A DNA stretch of 64,000 nucleotides from Callorhinchus milii (GCF_018977255.1 NW_024704742.1:91886001-91950000), one strand, 5' to 3'. Shown: positions 39,324-51,469, counted from the first letter of the stretch. Made by a program: numbers and translations. Notes: generated by a model from the letters alone, not told the origin.

Positions 39324-39869
39324 CTTTATAGTTTTTGCTCCTATTGCTGTAGCATTGAAGAGGAACTTGATGACAACTACTTCCTTGTAATTTTGTAGTT
39401 GATTCCTAATGAAGCTGTTCCATGTGTTGTAACCTCTTGAACTTAAATTGTGCTCAGAAACTGGACAAGATTAAAATATTGTACCTATTAAAACATTTTG
39501 AGGTAGTTAGCCATTTTCCTTTTACTTTGTTGTTTCAGTCCTGGAAAATAAGTAAGGATGTACATAGTGACACTCAAACCCCATTAACGCAGAACCTAAT
39601 ATTGTGACTTATCTTCTTCCATACACTAGACCTAGGATAGAACAGATGTTAATGTGCAATATAGTACTTGGCTTCAGGCTTCACTTCCAAGATAATGTAA
39701 CAAGCGTCCATTGTGTCAGAAGAATTGAAGTATATTTTGTCAGATGTGAGGCTTCTAAAAAAAATGGCACGCAATCGGATCAGAAATTCTGAGCTGAAGG
39801 GAAGGGTTCTACTGGTTCTCAATGTTTGCACTGTTGACATGATTTGTTAAAAGGGACTTTGAGAACTTT

Positions 39870-40565
39870 AGGATTTAGGACATCAAGATCATAGTCCAAT
39901 GCAAATACTGCATTGTCTTCGGATGAAATGTTAAGTCACAGGTCTGCTTGCATTTTCAAGTTGATGTTAACAATCCCATAGAACTATTTGTAAAGAAAAT
40001 GGAATTTCTCCTAGTGTCCTGACAAAAAGATCTCCGAATATAATTGATCATTCACTTCATGGTGTTTGTGAGACATTTCTGTCTACAAATTAGCTGCAAT
40101 GTTGGCCTACTAAATACAGTCATTACGTTACAATAAATTCTGTAAAGCACTTTGAGACATTTCAGTGATGTGATATCAGATTAGCACAACACCAAATATT
40201 CCTTCCAGCAATTAAAATGATTCCTATCAAAGAGATACAATTATTAATTGAGTTTCTTGAGCTCATAGACTGACATTATAGCTCTGTACTGAGGTAGCAT
40301 TGCATTGATGGAGCTGCCATTGTTTGGCTCAATGGTTAAATGGAAGGCCTGACTAACTATTTGTCAGATCCCAGGACACTATTCAAAAATAGAAGGGAGG
40401 TTTTTTTTCTGGTTCTCCAGATTAATTGGCCATTCACCTTGTTTGTGGGATCTTAGATGCAAATTGACTACTACCTTGGCTACAAATAGGATCAGTGCTC
40501 TTGACAGATATGACTGGAAAATGCTTTTTGACATTTCAACTTGTTAAAAGGGCAAGTTCATTCTT
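39870..40565 (+). mobile_element. Two adjacent degraded Deu-domain SINEs (~39870-40175 and ~40255-40565)
   Basis: gtcttcggatgaaatgttaag...tgttaacaatcccatagaactattt...gtttgtgagacattt...ctgtaaagcactttgagacat; a second, more decayed copy follows. Confidence 0.5.
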
Positions 40566-40797
40566 TCTCCATTTCTTTTTTTGAAGGCCATCAAAGAAAT
40601 GTAATCAAATATTCTCACCTGAAAGTGGTCTGGGGCACTGGAGAAGGTAGTGCCAACTTAGAATGAGGTGTAGTGTGGCAGTAGATTTTGAACTGTGCAG
40701 CAGAAGTGGCTACAGACAAAGAGGGGAGATTTGTGAAGGGTCTCTCTCTATACTGACAGATCAAGCATTCCCAGGTCAGATATAACACAGGTTAGAT

Positions 40798-41180
40798 AAT
40801 AATTATTGATAATGATCTTTGCATTTGATATAGCGCCTTACCAGGTCTTCTAGATGTCTCAAAACGCTTCACAGAATATACTGTAAAGTGAATTGATTGT
40901 GTATTTTGGCGAATCGCGGCAGCCAATTGCAGTATCCCACAAACAGTCGTGGATTGCGTGACCAAATTATTATTATTTTTATTTAATTATTTTGAAGGGA
41001 TTATTATCCCTGGAAAAGCGATCTGTCAATCGACTAACAACCGGGTTCCTACTTATTGCTAGGTAAACAGAGGCATATTGAGTGAGGAAACTTGCCTAAC
41101 ATTTTGCTCTACCCGGGAATCAAACCCAGGTCCTCTCGCTTGTGAAGGTGGGTGCTCTAACCACTGAGCTACAGGACTCT
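40798..41180 (-). mobile_element. tRNA-derived SINE, long subfamily, full length with TSD
   Basis: Head ctctaaccactgagctacaggactc on +, L2-like tail, target-site duplication TTAGAT at 40792-40797 and 41181-41186. Confidence 0.9.
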
Positions 41181-41656
41181 TTAGATTAAGAGTAAAGCTT
41201 CCTCCACTCTGCCTCAACAATGTGGCTTAGCTCCAACTGCACTAGTGGGATATTTTCCATTTTTCCCAAATCATCACTTCTCTGAGTGAAATTGTCAATT
41301 TATTTTTATAACACTGACTCAAGATTGTTCTCTGCCCTATGTGTGTGGAAGAGGAAAGAAAAAAGATTCTTGAGCAATTAGGGTAGATAGCTCCGGTGGC
41401 AGAGACAGCACCAACACCACCCAATGGACTGAGTGGCCTCTGTCTGTGCTGTTAATTATAATTGTAGCCAAAATGAAATCATTATGACCTTATAGACAAA
41501 ACAGTGATAGGCGGTTATTTTTTAACATGATAACGTTGATATGTTTTCAGTTTGGCTGACATTGCTTCCACTGAAATGGAGCTCTTTTTGCTTGAATGCT
41601 AAATTATGATCTGTTGTGAATATTTGTGTGTGTGTGTGTGGGGGTAAATTCATTTC

Positions 41657-41890
41657 TTACAGTGATGTCTGTGCTGTACCAATTTACTGTGATATGTGCG
41701 CTGTATCAAGTTACTGTGATATATATGTGTTGCATTGAGTTACTGTAATGCGTGTGCTACATCGAGTTCCTGTGATGCTCTGTGCTTTATTGGGATGGTA
41801 TCCTGCATGAGGGGCGCTATATAAATGCAAGTTGTTGTTGTTAGGTGACTATGATGTTTTGTGCTGCATAGTTTTACAGTGATGTTCGTA
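41657..41890. repeat. Degenerate ~28-30 bp minisatellite interrupted by an L2 tail (~41790-41842)
   Basis: Units like ttactgtgatatgtgcgctgtatcaag repeated ~5 times, resuming after ggggcgctatataaatgcaagttgttgttg. Confidence 0.65.
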
Positions 41891-42000
41891 CTCTCCTTGA
41901 AGAATGAGCGGCACTATGTAGATGATCGGGTTGAAATAATAACATTCAATTCATAGCGAATTGCCCTAAGATCCTCAGTAATGTTATATAGTTTACTTAC

Positions 42001-42072
42001 AGTTTTTAATAGATGTATCGACTTTTTCAACCTCAAATCTCTTTATTCGTTGTAAAGCTTTAGGAAAGTAGC
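42001..42072 (-). CDS. IZUMO4: IZUMO4-like, coding exon 3
   Basis: Acceptor aatttcag|, donor T|GTAAGT, 72 nt, phase 1-1. Encodes (G)YFPKALQRIKRFEVEKVDTSIKN(S), similar to recalled IZUMO4 GYFPNELRNIFREQVHLIQNAIIES. Confidence 0.88.
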
Positions 42073-43160
42073 CTGAAATTTTATTGAAGATAATATAAGT
42101 AATATCAGTATCATTTACTAATTTGCTAAAATCATTAATCTGAAGCAAAACTAATTATTACTTCACTTTATCTTGTGGAGCAAAGTATTGAGACCAAACA
42201 AAACTTTAACAACCATATGGACCACCACAAGGCGAGAAATAAGAGTTGAAGGAAGGTAGTCCTTGTGGTAATTTTGAGGGATCTAATCCCCCTCCACCCA
42301 TGGAGAGGGGCTTTCCTCTAGTGGGCCACTCTCTTGTGCCTCCGAGTAGATAGTCTCTGACAGAAAGCAGTGCACGGTATGGGAAGTCTCAAAAAGGAAG
42401 GGTGAGCTAGTTTAGAAAAATAATAATAATCCTTGCATTTGATGCCTTATGACATCTTCGAGACGTCTCAAAGCACTTCACAGAATACTGTAAAGTGAAT
42501 TGACAATATTTTGAGGGCAAATTTGAATTTTTTTAATGACATCAACCAAAGAGACACATTTTTTTCATGAAAAGGCACTGGACTCATTTATTTCGGAAGG
42601 AACGAGAGTCAAAAAATATGACAATTGTCAGTATAATTTTGAATATGAGTGAAACGAGCAAGTTTATCCCGTTCCATTGGTTTTGCTTGAGTTCCTGTGA
42701 CATTTCATAGAAGCAACCACCTTTGAGCTTCTTTAATCAAGTGCTCAATGGATTTCCCACACCAAATAGCTGTTTTACTTGCCCAATTTATGATAATCTG
42801 TCTAAATTAAAATATAGTAGACACCTTCACTTTTTTTAAATTGATTCCAATCTTCCAGTCTGTGTCACACTACTAGCAGAGGCTGTGCATTTATGGAAGT
42901 GACATAGGGCAAATAAGAAGGTAATATTATTGAACGACTAGATCTGATCAGTTAGGGGACACCAAGGGAATTGAATTCATACTGTTTGATTTCCTACTCT
43001 CAATTGCTCACTGATTTAAGGTCAAAGGTACTTCCTATGCTTTTGCCTCATGGTGTGATCGTCAGCTTGGTATATCCTAATCTTCTTGCACTTTGAAATC
43101 AAGTTACCATATTCTTATAGTTAAAAAGCTAAAGCATTTGAAACAGAATCGCTTCATTAC

Positions 43161-43241
43161 CAACACTTGTGAAGGACAGCTTGTATTCTTTATCCATCTG
43201 TTTGTAAACATCTTGTGCAATGGATATGAGTTCATTTTTGG
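43161..43241 (-). CDS. IZUMO4: IZUMO4-like, coding exon 2
   Basis: Acceptor tttcctacag|, donor G|GTAATG, 81 nt, phase 1-1. Encodes (P)KNELISIAQDVYKQMDKEYKLSFTSV(G), similar to recalled IZUMO4 REKLDQVATAVYQMMDQLYQGKMYFPG. Confidence 0.88.
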
Positions 43242-43597
43242 CTGTAGGAAATACATTTTTTTAATAGATAAAGAACAGAAACACAGAATTTAGTTTTAAA
43301 TCGTAAACATGGATCACTGAGTAATTTACTGATGAAATGTCATCATTCTTTCATAGCAGCGAATACTTTAACTCTAGTGTTACTTCAATGTCACACAGTG
43401 TTGGTGGATATAGAAGGTGATCTGCCTTAAAACATTTCTTGTGTTCAAGGTGTCTGCCTTTGTTTTGTATCTAGTACTTCAAGGCGTGTCCGACCATGAA
43501 ATAATTTCCAATTTCGCTTTGTAGTCATTTACAAAATATAACAGAGCCCCGATGGCATTATCCCCAATACCAGGGCAAGTCATGCCCCAATACTCAC

Positions 43598-43817
43598 GCA
43601 CTGTCACTTTGGTATCTTTGATCTCATCAACCCATTTATCAATGAATTTCTGGCAGTAAACCATGTCTCCCACCCAGGAAGATCGCCACCATAGATGATT
43701 CCTGTAATAAGTGAATTTATCGTCGAAATCTTTCTCGCAGTGTAAGCAACAACGGGTAAGATTGGGCAAGGTGATCATAGTAAGGAAAATGGGAAAGCGC
43801 GCGAGCAGTAGCTCCAT
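43598..43817 (-). CDS. IZUMO4: IZUMO4-like, coding exon 1 (signal peptide + N-terminal Izumo domain)
   Basis: ATG at 43817 in context TCC-ATG-G. Encodes MELLLARFPIFLTMITLPNLTRCCLHCEKDFDDKFTYYRNHLWWRSSWVGDMVYCQKFIDKWVDEIKDTKVTV, matching recalled mammalian IZUMO4 GCLHCHSNFSKKFSFYRHHVNFKSWWVGD. Donor C|GTGAGT, phase 1, 220 nt. An in-frame ATG 7 codons upstream (43838) is an alternative start. Confidence 0.88.
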
Positions 43818-43956
43818 GGACCACTTTCTCTGTTGCATGTGATGAGGACAAATGACCAGGGTCGAGAAAACAAGGAATGCAACTGACTCCCTCACAACTT
43901 GGAGTCTTCACCTATTCACTAGTTCCACGGAGTCATAATGGAAACCTGGGAAACCT

Positions 43957-44915
43957 TCATAGAATCATTGAATCATAGAATTACACAGCACAGAAGGAGA
44001 CCATTCGGCCCATCGTGTCCGTGCTGCCTCTTTGAAAGGAGTATCCAATTCAATCCCACTCCCCCGCGCTCTCCCCATAGCCCTGCAAAGTTGACCTCCC
44101 AAAATAATTATCTACTTCTCTCTTAAAAGCTGTTATCGAATCAGCTTCCACCACCCTTTCAGGCAATGCATTCCACATCCGAACAACTCACTGTGTAAAA
44201 ATATTTCTCCTCACCTTCCCTCTGTTTCTTTTAACAACTATTTTAAATCAGTGCCCTTGGGTTACCAACCCACCCGCCAGTGGAAATAGTTTCTCCTTGT
44301 TCACCCATTGAATCCCCTTCATAATTTTGAAAACTTCCATTAGGTCGCCTCTTAACCTTCTCTGCTCCAAGCAGAATAATCCTAGCTTCTCCAGCCTCTC
44401 CTGTTAGCTGAAGTCCCTCATTCCTGGTACCATCCTGGTAAATCTGCTTTGCACCCTCTCCAATGCCTTGACATCCTTCCTAAAGTGTGGGGCCCAGAAC
44501 TGAACACAGTCTCTAGCTGAGGTCTAACCAGTGTTTTATAAAGGTTCATCATAACTTCCTGACTTTTGTATTCTATGCCCCTATTTATAAAGCCTAGTAT
44601 CCCGTATGCTTTTTTAACAGCTTTATCTCCCTGTCCTGCCACCTTCAAAGATATACTTATATGAACCCTCAGGTCTCTCTGTTCCTTCACTCCCTTTAAG
44701 ACTGTACCATCGGCTGATATTGCCCCTCCTCATTCTTCCTCCCAAAATGCATCACTTCGCATTTATCCACATTAAACTACATCTGCCACGTGTCGGCCCA
44801 TTTTACCAGTCTGTCTGTGTCCGTTTGCAGTCTGATACTATCCTGCTCACTGTTTACTACTTTTCTTAGCTCAGTATCATCTGCAAATCTGGAAATTGTA
44901 CTTCCTATACCCAAA
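43957..44915 (-). mobile_element. CR1 LINE 3' portion immediately upstream of the IZUMO4-like ATG
   Basis: (ATTCTATG)-type tail (catagaatcattgaatcatagaa on +); KKAYGILGFINRGIEYKS...[11 protein letters not shown]. Confidence 0.9.
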
Positions 44916-46724
44916 ATATACCATCAATACACTTTACATTATATTCTGTGAAGCACTTTGAGATGTCTCAACAGCATGACAAGGATTATTATAATCACTA
45001 TATCTTCTATATCACTAAACACATGCAAACAACTTGTGAAGGTATTTACAAATTCAAAGATGAGATTATTTTTAAAAATAAATATAGGCCCCCCTCAATC
45101 CATCCCACACTCACATTGGACCATCCACCTGTCCATCAACCCATCCACCCTTCATTATGGATTTCAGGTCAGAAAAATGCTCCAGCCCGCTCTGACCCTG
45201 CACCCCTGTGTATAACATTATTCCATCTTTTGTTAATCGAGTCCACAAATTTGCATTACGTTATAATAATAATAATAATCTTCGAGACGTCTCAAAGCGC
45301 TTCAGAGCATATTCTGTAAAGTGAATCGACTGTATATTTGGTGGGTGAATATTAGACAAATTATAACATTATACGACTCTAACAATACACAAACATGTAC
45401 AAAACATACCAAGCACAGCCAGGACTGGCCGCCAGTATAACATTATGAGAATTATAACAATATATGAACTTGTCTGTATGAAAAACAATTAGAATTGAAT
45501 AGAATTGAATACTAAACATTTAGAAAATGTAATGCAACAGTATGCCAGGAAACAAAACAATTGGGCTAAAAAGTGAGGGAGTGATTGAATATATTTACAT
45601 GAAGGACAATGGAAACTTTTCAGTGAAATACAGGATGTGTGATTGTGATTGATTGATCAGCCAGGTCTCTGTAAATAATAAGTCCTTATATCTTATACAG
45701 GACCTTCCATGAAGACATCTCAATGCAATTCACAGGATTTACTGTAGTGGAGTGACTGCATTTTGTAGACAAATACCAGAGCCAATCTACACTCACAAAC
45801 AGCTATTAAGTTAATGTCCAAAAAAGGGGAAGGTTAGAAATTTAAGTTAGAAATGTTTTAACATGTTGATAGGCTGATAGAATGTGGAATGGCTTACCAC
45901 AAATGGGGCTGTTGAAACTGGGTTGATACCAGCATTAAAAGGAAATCCGATAAATATTTGAGGAAAAAAAATTGTGGTGGAAACTGTAAAATATGTGTTC
46001 AGTAACACACTGCACAGGCAAGGAAGGTTTCTCCTTGTAATCCAATGCTGTCTGGCAACAGGGTTTCCTCCAAATAAATCTTAGTTGACTTGGTAGTTGT
46101 GGAACCACATCCAGAATAAAACATGCAATATCTCTGTCTCTTGATGACCCTTCCAGTGGTTTGGATGTGTGCAAAGCCCACATCAAATGTATAGTATCAT
46201 TATATCCTATTATATTAGTCATGTTTCTGTCAAATGATCCCTATATATCTTTGGTCAAGTATCATATTTTAAAAAGTTCATCACTGCTGCCAGACAAAAA
46301 CTCAGAAGTTACTAAAAATTAGCACCTGGAACAGAAGGTATAATGTGTTATACATGCTTTGGAATGTGATTTAATGATGAGGCATCTGTATTATATCCCC
46401 AAAAAAGTGGAATGTCTGAATAGGAATTTTGCATGTAAAATTTCAACCATTGTTGAATTGTTGGGCTTAACGGCCCAAATTATGGTAGCCATTTAATTTA
46501 TATCAATTATACTTTGTACATAATTTCGACCCCAAAATATGTAAATCAACCACTTAAGTGAGCTGGAGTACAGCATTTATTCACTGGTCAAAAGACAACA
46601 AAAATTGAGTCAGAGATTGAAACCCACAGCAAGTTTTTTTTTCCATGGTGTGGTCAAGACTGTGAAGTAAAACAGATGTGCTCCCAAATGAAAAGTTCTA
46701 TTTACAAATATAAAATTGGTTGGA

Positions 46725-47295
46725 TAACAAATTGCATTTATATAGTGTCGTTTACCTCACGAGGACATCCCAAGGCAATGGACAGTCAATAGTTTGCACT
46801 CAAGCTGGAGATTGGAATCAACAAGGGTGGAGGGCAAGGGGTTTGGGAAGATGCTCAAAGGCACAGTCGAACAAGAGGGTCCAGAGACCAGCCTTGAAGT
46901 AGGCAAGGAAAGGGGCGAGGTGAAGGGAATCCACGATTTAGTTCCAGAGGATTGCCGCAGGAAAGTTGAAGGCCCGACCACCATGGTGACATTGAACAGC
47001 CCAGTGCTCGCCGATCGGAGGGAGTGGTCAGGTTGGTAAGGTTTATTAGGTCACGGAGGTAGGGAGGAGCAAGACCATGGAGGGCAGACAAGGACCTTAA
47101 ATAATAATCCTTGTATTTCACATAGAGCCTTATCACATCTTCTAGACGTCTAAAAGCGCTTCACAGAATATAATGTGAAGGAATTGACTATATTTTGTGG
47201 GTGAAATGCGGCAACCAATTGTGCACAGCAGTGTCCCACAAACAAGTCATGGATAGAAGTAACCAATTTTTTTTTGAAGGAATTATTACCCCGGG
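46725..47295 (-). mobile_element. L2 3' fragment (46725-47090) plus SINE tail fragment (47100-47295)
   Basis: ALHGLAPPYL motif and L2 tail; ataataatccttgtatttc...gcgcttcacagaata SINE tail. Confidence 0.7.
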
Positions 47296-47364
47296 CATGG
47301 AAAGAAAGTGAAACATACAAAACTTCAAATAAATACTTCAATCTTAAATTTCAATTCAAACATT

Positions 47365-47370
47365 TTTAAT
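47365..47370 (-). promoter_or_regulatory. Candidate polyadenylation signal (ATTAAA) of the RAD23-like gene
   Basis: Plus-strand tttaat ~425 nt after the stop, followed on the minus strand by U/GU-rich sequence (tatttatttgaagttttgtatgttt). Another ATTAAA lies at 47605-47610. Confidence 0.4.
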
Positions 47371-47794
47371 TGAAGTTAACAATATTCAGGTTCTTTGCTA
47401 TTATAAACTAAAAAATCTCCATCTGGCACAACAGTTTAAAATTCTATAGATATGCCATTGCACATTCTCATAAATCAGATCAGAAACATGCCTGATAATA
47501 AATCTTTGATTAAATTTATAAAACAATTACATGTTTTCATTTGAAAAACATAGAATTGGCTGGCAGTAATCAAACATAAAAATATAAGCTATGCCTTTAG
47601 TTAATTTAATGCAACCAATTATTCTACTTCTTTAAGTTGGCATTAAAAGGTCAGAAAGTATGGAGCCCTGGTTTACAGTTTTCAGTGCAGAACTGAAGTA
47701 GGCAGCATTGTTAGGTACAGAAAATACATGCAAATCCAAAATCAGTGTCATTCAATGAAAAAAGAATAAACAATTAAAAGTGTCTAATTTTATC

Positions 47795-47905
47795 TCAATC
47801 ATCAAAGTTCTGTTGTAGTAGAAAATTTGCAGCCAAGTTTTCATTCTTCTCACAGGCAAAATAGGCTTGAACCACAAGTCCTTCAGGAAATCCCAAAGCC
47901 TTTAA
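47795..47905 (-). CDS. RAD23B: RAD23B-like terminal coding exon, UBA2
   Basis: Poly-T tract then cag| acceptor, 111 nt. Encodes [41 protein letters not shown] and LLQQNF are B-type rather than A-type. Confidence 0.95.
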   Translation of the reverse strand, partial: LKALGFPEGLVVQAYFACEKNENLAANFLLQQNFDD

Positions 47906-48451
47906 CTGAAAAAAAAAAATATGATTTAGAAACCCCCAATAGTAACTGCAATGTCAGAGAAGCGAGTGTACAATTATGCAATCAATATAATACAAATAAA
48001 TAAATTTATCTTGGAATGACAAATGATTGTTAATTCCGCGTCTGATCCTTTGTTTAACAAATAAAGTTGGGGTGACAGAATGTAGCCTTGGCACTTTTAT
48101 AGTGAACACCACTATTGATTGCCATGGTAGCTCACCCTCTGACGGTACAGCCGAGTTGACTGCATAACGGTGCTGCTGTTAAAATCTGATCGGTTCCCTT
48201 TTTTGCAATATATTTTATACTTGACAAATCTAGGGAGAGGTCTTCATTGCACCATGTCAGCCCACTAACGTGCTTAGGCCAATGATCACTGACATTCATG
48301 CATAACACAAGATATCCCAGCTTCCACTGGGTCATTGAAGGATATCTCAAATTCAGGTCGTGCAATTCACAAAAGAAGAATGAAAGAAATTATCTTATAC
48401 ACCCTGCAGTAGCTAGGAAGATATAATATTGGAAGTGGTGTTCGACCAGAT

Positions 48452-49960
48452 TACTTGTCTACTCTCCTCCGGATCAGTCCCTGCCTCCCTAAAAACTGCT
48501 GTCATCACCCACCTCCTGAAAAAGCCCTCCCTAGATCCCTCAAACCCCAGCCACTACCGCCCCATTTCTAACCTGCCCTTCCTCTCAAAAGTTCTAGAAC
48601 GGGTTGTTGCCAACCAACTTTGCGCACACCTCTCCTCCCACTCCCTCTTCGAACCCCTCCAGTCCGGTTTCCGCTCTGCCCCCAGTACAGAGACTGCGCT
48701 TGTGAAAGTCACAAACGACATCCTCTCTATCTGTGACCAGGGCTCCCTCTGCCTCCTTGTCCTCTCAATCGCGTTCGACGCAGTCGATCACGCCATCCTC
48801 CTCCACCGCCTTTCCTCCGTCATCCACCTCAGTGGGACCGCACTCGCCTGGTTCGAATCCTACCTCACAAACTGCCAGCAGTACATCTGCACAAATGGCT
48901 TCTCCTCCCGCTCTCACCCGGTACCTGCGGGGTACCCCAAGGATCCATCCTTGGCCCCCTCCTCTTTTTGATCTATATGCTCCCTCTTGGGGATGTACAT
49001 TTCCACATGTATACAGACGACACCCAACTCTATTTTTCCACCTCTCATTGCGACCCCCAGTCCCCTGATGTTCTGTCAGTCTGCCTGTCAGATCTCAGGG
49101 GCTGAATGGAGCACAAATTTTCTTCAGCTGAACATTGACAAGACAGAAGCCATACTCTTTGGCTCTCGTCAACGTCTAAAATCTCACGGCTCTCACCTCC
49201 TCCACCTACCCGACCTCCCCCTAAAATTCTCCGAATCCGTACACAATCTAGGCGTCAGGTTCAACCCCCAATTATCCTTTTCCCCCCACATCTGGTCCTT
49301 CACCAGCACCGCTTTCTTCCATCTCCGACGCATCGCCCGTCTCCGCCAATAGCTCTCCCCAAAAGCCGCTGAAACCCTGGTCCATGCCTTTGTCACCTCT
49401 CGGCTGGACTACTCTAATGCCCTCCTCCCCGGTCTCCCATCCATTACCATCCATAAAATCCAAATCATTCAAAACTCTGCCGCCCGCATTCTCACCTGCA
49501 CGAAACACCACTCCCAGATCACCCTAGTCCTTGCCAGACTGCACTGGCTGCATATCCCAGAGAGGATCGATTTCAAGATCCTCACCCTTGTATTCAAATC
49601 CCTCCACTCCTCTGCACCCCCCTACCTCTCTGACCTCCTCTCTCCTCAAAACAGTACCCGTTGCCTTTGGTCCTCCAGTTCTGGCATCCTCATCGTCCCC
49701 CGAGTCCTCCGCTCCACCCTCGGAGGCCGTGCCTTCAGCCACTATGCCCCGAAGCTCTGGAAGTGCCTTCCTCACTAGCTTAGTCTCACTCCCTCCCTTC
49801 CTATTTTCAGGTCTCTGCTGAAGACCTTTCTTTTCGACCGCACCTTTGGTCACCTTCCCCCCCTCTGCCCCTGGCTCGGTCCTGGGGTCCGTTACTGTGA
49901 AGCGCTCTGAGATGCCGTCCGGTGTGGAGGGCGCTATATAAATCCAAGTTGTTGTTGTTG
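48452..49960 (+). mobile_element. L2 LINE RT + 3' end in the last RAD23 intron
   Basis: YRPISNLPFLSKVLERVV, QSGFR...STETAL, AFDAVDH, NFLQLNIDKTE; tail ggcgctatataaatccaagttgttgttg. Confidence 0.92.
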
Positions 49961-50343
49961 TAGTACTCAATTGGCTGGACTATTTTAAGGCAGTTCAAAT
50001 TTTTTTTAAAAAATTTAAAACAAACTTAAAAGAAGTTTTCTGAAATAGACATGATTGCTCTAAATAAATAAATCAATATCCCAAATGAAAATCAAATGCT
50101 ATTCATGGCCCCCCGCACCCGCCCAAGCAATGTGTCCCGAACTGGTTTCTATTCTTTGCTTGCGCACCACTGAATCAAGAGCAACTTTGAGCACATTCAA
50201 TTCTGAGCAGAACATTACACCATAAAAGATTGGCTCCAGTGAGGAGGCTTGTGGGGAGAGTCATATGATTTACATTATTCTTCTAAAGCAATTCTATCCT
50301 TTACCAACTTATAGTTGTGAGATAATTAAGTGTGAAACCTCAC

Positions 50344-50490
50344 CCTCTCTATAGCCTCTTTTTCTTGGGGTGTTACTTGAAGGTGATCCATTTGCTGTTC
50401 TCCAGCACTGGTGACCGCTACTTCATTTGCAATGTCCTGGATTGGTTCATTTAACATTTGAATGAAATTCCCCTGGTGTTGGCTGATTTG
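50344..50490 (-). CDS. RAD23B: RAD23B-like exon, end of XPC-binding domain and start of UBA2
   Basis: Acceptor tcctgcctgcag|, donor AGG|GTGAGG, 147 nt, phase 0-0. Encodes [49 protein letters not shown]. Confidence 0.95.
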
Positions 50491-51341
50491 CTGCAGGCAG
50501 GACAAAAAACAAGGTTGTTCAAGGTTCTTAATTTACAATCACAAAAAAGGCTAAAAATGTACCATTTTCATATTTTAAGTAATGTTTCAAATTACAAGTA
50601 ATGTAGTGTACATTTTTAGATGTACAGTACACTCAAACCCAGCTAGCGGGAGTAGCTGCAGGGAGATCCGGTCCGGTGAGCTAGAATTTTCGGCTAAGTG
50701 TAATTACAAAGCCAGTACTGGCACTTATCAGGATTTTTCCAAAATGTCGGTACCAGTATTGTAATTGTTTGAATTGCCCAAGCAGGAGATCGTGAATAAG
50801 CTACCTTCTGCTCACAGGATTCAAATAATCTGAGTCAAAGTCAGTATCCTTGGCCACTGGGAAGGCCAGCATGGACGGCAAGGCTGCTCAGTGTGGTGTT
50901 GGTGACACTAGGAGAATTGGGAGTCTTCAGTTTATGTCCTGAAGAAATTTTTGGTCTGAGGATTTTTTTAAAAAAGTTTTGTTGGTTTCAGGCCCGGTCC
51001 AGCTAGCTTCGAATTCAGGATACCCGGACTCTGACAAGATGGGGGTTTACTCTATTCAGAGGTTGACTGGCCTGCTTCACGTCTCCCATCAGTTCCTCCC
51101 AGTCCTTCTCCCTTGACTTTAAAGGCCACCTTAAGACTACGCTTTCAATCTCCTTCCCCCCGTCCACCAACACCCTTACCCTCAGTCAGTTGTTCAACAA
51201 GCTTTGAGATGTCTTCCTGGCAAGAAGGCGCTATATAAATTGTTGAATTTTAAAGAAAAAAAACTGAAAAGAAATTAAACCTTAAAAGCTTGACCAAATT
51301 ATTAAATCCTGGGGAATCTTACCTCGACCCCATCATCTCAC

Positions 51342-51469
51342 CTGTAGAAGATGTGGGTTCTCCCTGCCCAACTGGTGAAGTAGGGCAGGTAGCAGAGAAG
51401 GATTCTGCTGAAGGATTTGCCTCATTTGATGGAACTGAGGCTGATTCCGCAAGAATTCCAGTGGATTCT
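51342..51469 (-). CDS. RAD23B: RAD23B-like exon, XPC-binding (STI1) domain
   Basis: Acceptor tttctttttag|, donor CAG|GTGAGA, 128 nt, phase 1-0. Encodes (E)[42 protein letters not shown]. Confidence 0.95.

Noticed and set aside
41242..41336. Strong minus-strand acceptor with open frame in IZUMO4-like intron 3
   Set aside because: The pyrimidine tract appears to be the antisense of a decayed CR1 tail. The product would lack the Cys-rich half of the Izumo domain, and there is no homology.
43479..43895. 138-aa single-exon ORF in the track
   Set aside because: Only 43817-43598 is supported as coding. IZUMO similarity stops at a strong GTGAGT donor, and the 5' extension starts from a non-ATG codon.
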